Positions 38,616-51,400 of a DNA stretch of 64,000 nt are shown here, in pieces. The number at the start of each line of letters is the position of its first letter. Positions within the stretch are counted from its first letter, which is position 1. Location of the stretch: NCBI RefSeq assembly GCF_037042905.1, contig NC_087248.1, positions 5,642,001 to 5,706,000 on the forward strand. Reading direction: 5' to 3'. The translations under genes were made by a program, and so were the position numbers. This DNA is from Lytechinus pictus. Its lineage: Eukaryota. The notes under the pieces were generated by a model, which worked only from the letters and a program-made list of their open reading frames with translations, searched no databases and was not told where the DNA came from.

Positions 38616-39533
38616 ATTAAAAGAAATCACTATTGTGTGACAATCCAAGATGGCCGCTTCAATGCAGAGTGCTTCATTCTTTTGTTTTGTTAACGTTATG
38701 TGGGATATGTAACAAAGTTTAAAACTTAGTCGTTGTGTGTGATTAACATGTGCGAGGTACATGTATTTGTTTCAAAGTTTGTTAAGTCAGTGCATATGTG
38801 ACATTTTTCTGATAAGAAGAATCAGAGTATTTTTGTAGTTTTTTGTTCCGTAAATCTACTCTTCTGTGCACATTTTTCAAAAATAAATTATTTTGCAGCT
38901 TTGGCCAAATTAGATGAAAGCCCAATTATGTTACCAAAATGATACTAGTTCCTGTTCCCTGCAAAATGCCTTTATTATCATTTAGTTAAGCAATCAATGT
39001 TTTATATTCATTAAATTGTTATAAACAAGTCTGTTATTATGCTATTGAGTTCACATACTGTTTGGCCCTATTAATATTAATTCCTTTTATTATGGGGCAA
39101 ATTTCTCAGGGATATTTGTTCCAATTTGAAGTCTCACTTTTGCCTGTTTATTGAAATTCTTTAAATGTTCACTGATTGACAATCAAAAGTCATAACCTTT
39201 ATTAGGAACTCCAGGGGTGGTATGCTGAGGTCATTTAAAAAAAAAATGAAATTTCACATTGCAGAGTCTGAAGTAGTGAGACTAGATGCAACCATGCACA
39301 CACATTGTAGGGTTAGAAGTCTAGCCTCCACCCAAGACATGGTATCATTTATTAAAGTGTCAAATTTGAGTCTCTGCTTTGCATTTATGAAAGTGTTCCT
39401 GGTAATAATTACCTTAATATTCTTCACAAAGTAAACAATAGTTTTAACATTTGGCTTCCCAGTATCGTAGCATAGAATTACCATATATGTTGACTACAAC
39501 TTCAGAATATGTTATGTAATCTTGAGTAATTAA

Positions 39534-39820
39534 AGGGAATTCCGACCCAAATTAAGATTAAGAGAAGCGGAAATGTTGAGGTGAAAGTTTGAACAAAAGT
39601 AGATAATAACACTCCTCCATTTGCTCCAGTACAAAAAAATACTGGAATGCCATATTTTCAAAACTTCCTCAGGATATTTTATCTTTTATGAATTTTTTAA
39701 TGATCTCAGTCTGCAAAAAGCCATAACTTTCTTATTCCTTTCAAACTTCGACAATCCTTTTTTCAACTTTTTTATGCTGTCACATTATACTAGTACCTCA
39801 TTCCAAGGTAGGATTTCCCT
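39534..39820. mobile_element. Degenerate TTAA-flanked MITE of another family
   Basis: TTAA|AGGGAATTCCGACC...GGTAGGATTTCCCT|TTAA; its right TTAA is shared with the next element. Confidence 0.55.
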
Positions 39821-39824
39821 TTAA

Positions 39825-40425
39825 AGGTCAAGTCCACCTCAGAAAAACGTTGATTTAAATCAATAGAGAAAAATGAGACAAGAATAATGCTGAAAATTTC
39901 ATCGAAATCGTATGTAAAATAGGAAAGTTATGGCATTTTAAAGTTTCGCTTATTTTTCAGAAATTAGTTATATATTCACAATTTAGTCATATGCAAATGA
40001 GAGAATCGATGATGTCCCTCACTCACTATTTTGTTTTTATTGTTATTTGTTTAAATTATACAATATTTCAATTTTTACAGATTTCACAAAAAGGACCAAC
40101 TTTACTAAACCATTAATGTTGAACAATGGTAATTCCACATGTTTAGGGAGAAATAAAACTTTGTTTCACATGACAATGAGGAGAAAATCTGAATTTTTCA
40201 TATGTCATATAATAAAATACAAAAGAAATAGTGAGTGATGTCATCAGTTCCCTCATTTGCATACCAACCGGGATGTGCATATAACTGTTTTGGGAAATTA
40301 AGCGAAACTTGAAACTGTCATAACTTTCTTATTATAAATCTGATTTTGATTAAATTTTCAGTGTTTTGCTTTTTGGATTGTTTTCTTTTTATTCAAATCA
40401 ACTCTTTGTTGGGATGGATTGTCCT
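39825..40425. mobile_element. Kolobok-like MITE family 1, copy 5
   Basis: TTAA at 39821-39824 and 40426-40429; same body as copy 2. Confidence 0.85.
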
Positions 40426-42431
40426 TTAATGATAGCAGCCATTGTTAACATTTATCGATGAGATATCCACAAAGAAAAAAAAATGTACCTAAGAATTACA
40501 AATGTTATCATTCCATGCTGATAAACAATCACAGAGAACATTCTTGAATTCTAGAAAAGACTTGGCATATTTATTACTTTTCTAATTTCATCTATTAAAC
40601 ACTGATATTTACATAAGCTGTGTTAAGGCCGAACCTTTTACAGATCTTCAATACATTTAGGTATTATTTCTTGTATTGAATAAAATCCATTCCATTTAGA
40701 GTATGAAATATAAATGCCTTTTGAATTTACATGCATTTAGTTATTAGTACAGTAGGAAATCTGTGACGACCTCTACATGATATAAATTTCTGCGAGATTT
40801 AGTTTTGTAAGACACATCATTCTGTATTTTCCGTTACATATTTTTATACTGAAATGTCAAATGTTTGTACATGTAGATTAGAATATTTAAATATTTACTA
40901 CATCTGAATCATCAATCAACTCTCTTTTTTTTATACATCTTTCATGATTTCATGTCATCTAATTTTATAATACCATGTAAATGTACATAGGTACCGTAAG
41001 CATTGCTACATTAACAAATGAATGTAACCTTTTTTACTTGTAAATATTCTCTACAGGACAACACTGTCCTTTTTAGAAATAAATATGTTTGAAATATAAA
41101 AAAACCATATTTACATTGTGTTTTCTTGTATATGGATGTCTCCTCTTCTCCCTCTCTGTACAAAACAATGTGGGTTGTGTCAGATTAGATAAGAACATGA
41201 GGTTGTAAAATAACCAATTAGAAGACCTGACAAACAGAGTGCATCTACATGTAGTCTTTATGAATCAGGAACCAGTTTCATAGTGTCCACACAGATAGAT
41301 TGGACGAGGATGTGAAACAATCCTACAGAGTCTAGCGAGAAAGAAAGACCATCTACTCAATATATTTTAAATCATTTCAATGAGAGTTCTACATACACTG
41401 TATGTGAAGTAAAATGGCATATCATGAGCTACAATATAATAATAATAAAGGTATATTTACCCAAGGTAGCCACTTCAGTTCCGAAAACTGTTCTCCCAGC
41501 GGGCCCTGCTATTGATATGATCTGATATGATTTTGAATTTCTTAGTATTTTAGAAATGAAATGTGCTTCCAATATTTCAATCCTTCCTTGAGTCATAAAT
41601 ATTCAAGTCCTTTGTTGTGCATAATTGCCATTTTAAGGCTGTTTTGGCAAAATGCTAGCTAATATTGGACCACACATTCATGATTACATGGTATGAGGTT
41701 GTCATGCCTTTTTTCTTGCCATATTCTTATGCATAAGGACACCGTTTCATGAAGTTTTCAACACCGACAAGTTGTAATCTCCTGACAGTAAAGGAACAAT
41801 TTGAGGTCGGTGTTTTTCCACTAATCAAAACCAACAATTTCACTTAAATTGTAAGAGCTGATAGTTTTATCAGTGCTGATGACTTTCAGGAAACACCATC
41901 CTGATGTTGAAACGATGTGCAAGTTCAAACAAATGATCAATTATTCCAAAGGAGAATGACCTTTGCATTTCATTACGTGTACAATCAAACTGAGGCTATG
42001 TTAATAAATCCAAAGATAGATAGATGATGTCCCTCTATCTATGGTATACAAAAGCACTCTTAAGCACAGAAGCACTCTTAAACCTACTTCAATATGAAGA
42101 GATTCACATTTCCAATCATGATTTCATATACTTGTAGCAAATTACGTCATAGGTGTATGAGAGTGATTTATCAAATGGTTGCATGGATCACGAAGCAAGT
42201 GTTATAAATCTTTCAAATCTTTGAGAAGATAACAGATCAAAGCCAAAATTATCCACACTGAAACACAATGATCCTTTAGAGGCTTGAGACAAAAGAACCA
42301 AAGCGACACAAGCAGTTCTTGGCTTGCAGTTCTCTCCTTTATCTCTTTGACTAGTCTTGCAAGTCAAGCTGCTTCGTCACAGGAGTCACTGAAATAAGAG
42401 TTCACTCCACACATTCTTAGCTTTGTTTCAG

Positions 42432-45400
42432 TCAGACGAGCTTGATGGTGTTTATCCTCCTTGGAGCAGGAGCCACAGGTTTTGGAGGCATGACGATCGG
42501 CTTCGGAGGCATCTGGACCTGCTTCACAGGAATGTCTTCCTTGACTTCCATCTCTTCTGCTTCATCGCTATCACTCTCTGCAGTCAAATCAACCACGTCT
42601 TCATTGTCCTCATCATCATCGTAATCATCTTCGTCATCTTCATCGTCGTCGGGTATAATGATGTCTTCATCTGCTTCACTGTCTTCATCGGGTACAGTGT
42701 TTATACCAGATACAGAAGGAACATCATTCTGCTGGTTGCTAGGTGTGGGTGTTGTCTTGACGCTGGATGACGACGGTGATGATGATGGATGATCTTCTTT
42801 TGAGGGTTGATTTGTAGAGGAGGAGGATGAGGATGAAGAATTTGCAGTTTGGTTGGAAGGTGGGGAGGACAATGTAGTCAACTGGATTCTCCTTGGTGGT
42901 GGCTTTGACCTAGAAAAAAAAAAAGTACAAATTTTTTTAAAATTGTATGAAAATACTTACTGCAATAATACAAATACCAACAGAAAAAATTGAAAGCTGA
43001 GTATTTCTATGAAATACAGACTCTACTTATAAGGATAAAAAATTATTTTTAGGATGTGAAAAAAAAGTACTCCAATAAAATCAGATGGCAGAAGAAAAAA
43101 ACAATCCATAATTAGTAAATAGGGTATCATAGTAGAAGTTGGTAATACACTTATACACAGATCAAACTAAAATACTGATTTCCAAACTAGAAAAAATTGA
43201 TTTCATTTCATTTGGGTGCAGAGAGAGGGAGAGTTTTTTTTGTGAAAGCCTCATATTCCATCACAAAACATTTATGATAAAAACTGTTCTTTCAAAGGAG
43301 TGGGTAACCAAAACCCTAATTCCTTTTTTCTTGACTTACCCAGGTGGTCCTGATATCATTACTGGTGTGATCCTCTTGGGTTCCTTTGCTCCATTCATTC
43401 CTACAGGTTTGACACTCGTAGAGGCTGGGTGATTAGGCAACGTGCCATTAGAAACCGGTTGCTGATTTGCTGGTTTAGAAATCCCTGCAGCCTGATTGGG
43501 TGATTTTGAAATCCCTGCAGTCTGGTTTGGTGACTTTGAAATCTCTGTGACCACGTTGGGTGATTTTGAAATCCCTGTATTCTGATTGGGTGATTTTGAA
43601 ATCCCTGCATTCTGATTGGGTAATTTTGAAATCCCTGCATTCTGGCTGGGTGATTTTGAAATCCCTGCATTCTGATTGGGTGATTTTGAAATCCCGGCAT
43701 TCTGATTGGATTGGACCTGAGATACTGCAGCAGCAGGTGCAGGAGTAGGTGAAGGTGAAACCTTTGTAGTAACAGATGCAGCGGGTGAAGGGGTAGGGAC
43801 CGGTTGAGAGACGTATGGAACACCAAGTTCATCAGGTTCAAAGGTCACAAAGGAGCAGTAGCCGTCTGTTGATGAGACAGCTAATATCCTGCCATCGGAT
43901 GACCTGTAAAGGATATATAAAGCGTATGAAAGATTCAATTCAATTGGAACATTACATGATCATAATTACATACAAAGCCAATGCCCCAGCAAAAATGAGG
44001 GTAGGAGAAAAAAGCAAATCAAATTTAAAAAAAGAACAAAGATTGGATTTTATTACATAAATATATAATAATAATAATACAGAGTATTTCTAAAGCGCCA
44101 AATCCACATTGATTATGTGCTCAAGGCGAGAAAACCGTGTTCATTACTTTTCTTGAAACTTAATACTTTCTTTGTGGATTAAAATAAAAGAAAATGTAAT
44201 GCACACACAAACTACAGTCCCATGTATTACTAACCATGTGACATCACTGAGCTGATGATAGTGGATGTTTGAGATGAGACCAAATGGAATGCTTTGCTGG
44301 GTATCATATAGGAGCAGAGAGTCCTCCGTTGCTACGGCAAACACCATCCGATAAGGCAAGCTGATGAGAATATCACAAATCAAACATTAATATCATAAAT
44401 GAAATATGTTAGGTTGCATGTATCAGGGTAATAAAGACATAATATTTACATAAAAAAACATTTAAAATGATGTAACACACACAAAAACAATAAATGCTGA
44501 AACCCACACACACATCATTAACAAATACCAGCAAATGCACATTTCACAAATATATTACTTCAAGAGCTTTCTCTAAAAAGCATTTAAAGCGACCTTTTAT
44601 TGACAAATCATGGGGAAATTAAGGCTTATCTCAGAAAAGAGAAGGGATTCAAGTCTTTCACTCGGCTGCATGCCTGGGGGTGTTATGTAATAGACGCTGG
44701 CATGTCTGGGAGGTCTGTAGGAGAGCAATAGTTAGTAGACTAACCAACCAGAAGTAAACTGCATGTTTTCACTTTGAAACATGTAACTTCTCAGAGGTTA
44801 TGTATTTTGGTTTAGCAATCAAGAGACCTGCTATGAGTCTAGGAATTGGGATTGTTGGAAACTGGAACTGCGATGATCCGAAGAAAATAACCATCACGAG
44901 TTCGGTCAGATTCGCGCTGTCCGAACTTTTATCGCATTAGTCCGACGGGCGCTCATGACGGATGGATTATATTATGCAAGTCAACTGGCCTTTTGCAAAT
45001 TTTGTATTGATTCAATTTCCCCATGATTTGTCAGTGGCTGGGCCCTTTAAGATATTGCAATTCAATGCAAGTGCTGAAGAAAGCTGCTGGGTATTTCCAT
45101 ACAACAATCAACCTTTTTTACTCCACAACACAAACTGCTAAAGCTATGATATTAAGAGATTAACAAATTTTCATGCAAACTTGAAAACAGAAACAAATAA
45201 TTTCAGGGTGGTCCCACATATGGACGGTCAGACATAAAAATTGTGTGTATTTGCTCCTTTTAAAAGCTTTAACAACTACAGAATCAAGTATGAAGTACTG
45301 AGGTTCTTACTCAAATAACTGTGAAGATTGATCCTTTGTCTCAGGCTCTGATGGTTTGGTAGATGATTTATCTTGAACATCTTTACTAGGATCCGATTTC

Positions 45401-48400
45401 TCTTGACCGTCTCCATTTGATTCCTGAGAAGTGTTAGCATCGGTCTCCATTGGTTCTAGGGAGGGAAGAGAAAAAGAAATACAAATTTGTTGCAAATATA
45501 TATATCTTTTAATATAAAACTATGTCAAGTTATTTCCTTCTCATTCTTTCAAATTACCAAAATTTAAGGTTCATCTCAATGTTGCAAGAGGAAAAAAATC
45601 ATTTGAATACTGTGATCATAATAAACCAAGGGAATAAGTGCAACTTGGGGTGTATTAGGTTACTAGACAGAAGGTGGACTTTAAATGTTAAATATCATTA
45701 AGAAGTTGTTTGAAAGAATCACATTATCCTGTATATGTTTGCAATGCCTCACTAGATCAAATGGAATGGTGCTGGACCCTTTTTAAACCATTTAAAAAAG
45801 GTTGGAGCTGTTGATATCATTTTGAAATTTTGATAGCATATTTTACCATCTTTTTGCTCTGCTTTCTTTTCCAGTGTTGCTGTGGTAGAATCAGCCTCGC
45901 TTGATTCCTGTCTGAGTTCAAACAATACTGGGCAACATCGTACAGCGATGGTGGCCTTGGTAGGGCATGGCAAGTGTAGAACAGGTCTGGAAAAAATTTG
46001 AAATATTTAACAAAGCAATATCAATACCTGAATAACACATCTTATAAATCTAGAACTTCCACCTTTCTGGGAGCTAGATTTGTAGTATTTTTCTGCATAT
46101 TGAGATGTATATTGCATAATCACATTGACAACGAACTGCCTAAGCTCTTTTAACTACTAGTATCTAAAAGCTACATGTATAGTCAAAAACTTCCAGAATA
46201 ATCAATTCATAACACAGAAAATATTACCTTTAGAAATTCTGACAAACTACAACCGCTTTAATTATCATTCAAATTGACATTGAGATTTTCTGCAATGGCA
46301 ATTGCATTTGGACTTACTTTGAGAAGGATGCTGATGAGAATACATAGGTTGTATTGAGGACACTGTCCCCTAGTTCCAGGATACCAGCAGGAGCAATAAG
46401 AAGCTCACCATCAGGACTAAAGCTTAACCGTCTGAAGAATGATTTCATGGTGTCATCGTGGAACATACGGTACTGCTTCGTCATACCCTATCAATGAGAT
46501 ATATAAGGACTAAAGATTAGGGGTCTAAAGAATGATTTCATGGTGTTATCAAGAAACATACGGTACTGCTTTGTCATACCCAATCAATGAGACATATAAG
46601 GACTAAAGGTTAGGGGTCTGAAGAATGATTTCATGGTGTTATCAAGAAACATACGGTACTGCTTTGTCATACCCTATCAATGAGATATAAGGACTAAAGG
46701 TTAGGGGTATAAGGAATGATTTCATGGTGTTATCAAGAAACATACGGTACTGCTTTGTCATACCCTATCAATGAGATATAAGGACTAAAGGTTAGGGGTA
46801 TAAGGAATGATTTCATGGTGTTATCAAGAAACATACGGTACTGCTTTGTCATACCCTATCAATGAGATATAAGGACTAAAGGTTAGGGGTATAAGGAATG
46901 ATTTCATGGTGTTATCAAGAAACATACGGTACTGCTTCGTCATACCCTATCAATGAGGTATATAAGGACTAAAGGTTAGGCGTCTGAAGAATGATTTCAT
47001 GGTGTTATCAAGAAACATACGGTACTGCTTTGTCATACCCTATCAATGAGATATATAAGGACTAAAGGTTAGGGGTATAAGGAATGATTTCATGGTGTTA
47101 TCAAGAAACATACGGTACTGCTTCGTCATACCCTGTCAATGAGATATAAGGACTAAAGGTTAGGGGTAAAAGGAATGATTTCATGGTGTTATCAAGAAAC
47201 ATATGGTACTGCTTCGTCATACCCTACCAATGAGATATAAGGACTAAAGTTTAGGGGTCTAAAGAATGATTTCATTGTGTCATCATGGAACATACATGTA
47301 CGATGCTGTTTTGTCATATCCTATCAATTAGTTATGGGATAAGAAAATAATAATGAAAATATCATATGTATCATCTGAATTATACAGATTCTTTCTGTCA
47401 ATAATTCACTGACAATCTAGTCTTAGCTCTAAGGACCTCCACAGAAAGGAACATAGTTCATGGAATCTCAATTTACCATGCCTTTTTAAAGAAATACTGC
47501 AATTTTTTTTAATGTATAGTAGTGTTCTTTGTATTTAATCAAGCTGTACGGATATTTGTTCAATTATTTCTGTCTCACAGAAAGAAAATTTGTTTATAAA
47601 AAGAAAAACAAATAAATAAATAATGCACACCAAGTAAGTGTAAATGTCATCAAACTACCTTGAAATGAAATAATTAAAATTTGAAAGAAATTTGGAAAAA
47701 GTTTTCTTTGGTAACTAACCTCTCCATTATTACCCGCTGCAGCCATGGTGAGTTTGTTGACATGATGAATGCATCTATTGTTGAGTAGATTGTACACTCT
47801 CATTGATCTGTGATTTAAAGAGAATTTAGTCAATTCAATTAATCACGATTGGATTCATGAGTAAATAAACAAAGGGCTTGTCCTTAGAGTGGATTTATCG
47901 AGAGAGTAATGCCAGTTATGCCACATTATTATACATATTGAACAGTTGCACTAAATTTGCTATTATTGTAATTTTACCAACCAAAATAACTGATCAAAAT
48001 CAATTCCTGATCAGCTCATTTCTTCCAGAGACTTGGCAATAAATCTCATTAATGTTTTAATTTGATAACCCCCACATGAAACCAACTAAAGTATTTGCAA
48101 CAAAGCATTGCTATAAATCTGTTCCCCTGGATCTTGTCACGCAATTGCATGCTAACCACAGATAGAAAGGTCAAATATTTTTTTCATTTTACAAAGAATG
48201 AAACATACCTATCACAGCTGATTGTAGCACAGAATCTATCCTTAGGATCCCAGGCTACTCCTTGAACAAAACTTCTATGATCCTTTAGAAGAAACAACTT
48301 CTCACCTGAAAGATAGATATATCACTTAGATTCTAAATGATCACTGTATTTCATATTGAAAAAAAAAAAATATATATTTAGAGAGAGAAAATATGATCAA

Positions 48401-51400
48401 TCCTCTTCCAGTCGACACGGGGATTTACTTTTGAATACCTTGAATAAATTTATGGTTTAAAAAACATTCATTCCATCTATTTAATAAATGAAACCCTACA
48501 ATTTATAAGTAGGAAACAACTTAATTGATGTAAAGACATTTCTACCTTACACCAAGTACCTAATGTTGCCTGTTTGGTCTGAAAAAATTAGTCACAAAAA
48601 ATTCAGAATCAGCAGGATTAGAACCTGCTATATCTTGCATGCCAATGTGACTAATATAATACTACATGCAGTGGTGTATCTGGGGATGAAAGGGAGGCAA
48701 GTGCCTCGGATGCCACTTTCAGGGGGTGCAAAACAGGGGAACGGGGCGCGAATAAAGAAAAGGAAAATAATAAAAATGAAGAGACAAGGCAAAGGAGTAA
48801 AGGCACAGAAAACATACCAAAGAAGGTGATTAATACCCCCTCCTATGCTATATGCAGTTTTCTACACATTTAGAAAATTAATCTTGCATGTCTTTACCCA
48901 GGGATGAATAATCGTGCCAACTTTTGATTAGTGATATACTTATTCTCTTCAAGAATTCCAACAAACAGTCCTTAAAATATTCCCTTTTTCAAATGCAAAT
49001 ATCATAACTTTTCATCTCTAGCTGCGGGTTTGTGTTATGATTCCTTACTCTCTATTAATTCTTACAAACAATTCTGATTTTAATAATTTAATTTAATTCT
49101 GATTTCTGGTTTAATTGTTAAAGTATTTTATCAACCACTGTAAGGGAGATACAAATCCTCTTCATTAATTTTTTACAAACAATCATTAAAATATCCCTTT
49201 TAGGGGGAAAACACATGAGTGTGCCTTATAAACAGAATTGGCATTGCCATAAATTGGTGAAATTTAAGGCTAGTGTACAGATTCCATCCAACAGATTTTA
49301 ATGTGCCAAGTATTGTATCATATCAAAGTGTATCATGGATTGCATCTAGTAAGTCCTTACCTTTCTGTATATCCCAGATGATAGCACTGTTATCCACAGA
49401 CCCTGAGATCATTCTTGATCCATTGGATGACCAGGAGATATCATAAACATCCTCAAGATGACCCCTGGAAAAGTATATCATGTGATAATTGATTGAACAC
49501 CAGATATGAGTGTTATTTTGATGAGGATGTAAGTTTTTTTTTGTAATCAGGTTTCATTATTAGTATACAGTTAATGCAAATTGCATACCTTGATTCATAA
49601 CATTTATATGAACTTTCAATCATACTGATCAATAAGTTTACACCCAAGTTGAATGCGGCAAATCAAGGCACTTCACATTTCGACATGGACAAAACACAGC
49701 AAAAGATGCTCAGTATCATATAAAACAATACCTTAAAGAAACAGCATAAACTTTTGGTAAGGCATCTAAGATTAATAACTAAGCAAAGACACTACTGCAG
49801 CAAACCCTGTTTCATTAGCAGGATACAACTAAGAATTGATTAAAAAGTCTTAGAATCCAGAATTATCATTTTCCTACATGGAAAACGGTGTTTTCTGTGG
49901 CTGAAAATATGTTGAAAAAGTTTCAATTCATATTTTAGTCTTAAAAAAATGTATCCCTTCATTTGGTTATAACTATGGAGAATTATAATAGATTGTTATA
50001 CATTTTCAAAATCTTAAGGCTTTTTTCTAATTGGATCTGACTGAGGTAATTGTTTCACACTCAGAATTTGTCAATTGGGAATGGCTTTGTCTGTATGCAT
50101 GACCCCTAAAATGTAGGGTTCATGACAATTATGTTGGGACAATATGCCTTTGGGTCAGCTATGGTTAGTTAGGGTTAGGGAGAATCTAAGAATTAATATC
50201 AACGGTGTCTACCAAGATCTCAGGTACCAACTTCATTTATAAGCTAATGGTCACTTTGAATCATTGAAATAATTCATAACAATCAATTTAACCCTTGCCG
50301 TCTACTGTAGTGTGACATGGTAGGAGAGGGTAGACTCACCTGAGTGTCTTGGTTGTAGCCCATGTTTCCTTGCAGTCTTCATCTTCCTTGCCAAAGACCG
50401 GTGCTACGTTACCAACCTCCTGAAGCTTCCACAGGATTACCAGCCCATCTGATACAAACAAATTGAGAATACAATCATTAAATGTTATCGTAGGTTAAAT
50501 AGATATTTCTGAACATGGAATTTTCTTTGGTGCAGTCCTTTCCTTGACACCATGCTAGGCCGTAATGAAGAGGAAAACATTTGAGATAATATCCATGAAA
50601 CAAAAAGTTGAACAAGTTCCTGATAAAGTAGATGAATTGACAAAGTTTCATAATTTGTATATTTCAGTAATCATCACCCAAAACAATTTTTGAGGGGGGG
50701 GGGGGGGGTGGATGAGAAAAAAGATGAAAGGAAGAAAAAATAGAGAAAGAAATATAATGAGAGAGAATTGTAGTCTTAAAAAGGGGGGGGGGGGTTAGTG
50801 GGATATGTACGTGGCTCATAGAGCAGAGAAAGGAGCTTGAGTAGGAAATAGAACATGACAATTTTCTTAATTGGGACGGAAACCTCTCAAAGGGAAAATA
50901 AGGAGGAAACAGGCATCTAACATTCAAGACTACACACTTGTGTGGAGATCACAGACTTTCTTGAACATCTTACCATCTGCCCCTGAGGCTAAGATGTCTC
51001 CATCAGGTGAGAACCTGACCACATTAACAGCTTTGGTATGACGAGAGAGACTAGCAGCGAATGTGGGTTGAGCCTTGCCATCATTATCAACATTGACGTA
51101 CCATACCTGTAGATGAATATAAAAAAAATATCTCATGAATAAACACATTTTCTTTAGAATAAGCTTGGAGCAGAAAATTTTCATGATCTCTGTAGATGAT
51201 ACAATTTTATTTGATCAAATTCTAAAGTTCTACAAAAGCCAAAGAGAGGGCAGTTATGGTTTAAAATCTTTTGTCTTAATCATTGGTCAAAGACCATTTC
51301 TCAACCAATCCAACAGCCTATAACTAGGCACAGATTTATTATGAGTCAAGTATGAATTAATGTGAATGACCACTTTAATGCCATCAAAAAGTAGGCCTCA

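Noticed and set aside
42423-42770. Plus-strand hydrophobic ORF resembling a membrane protein
   Set aside because: Antisense reading of the acidic CHAF1B C-terminal exon.
46414-47330. CRISPR-like regular array
   Set aside because: Units are contiguous with no unique spacers, derive from the host exon, and there are no cas genes; eukaryotic context.
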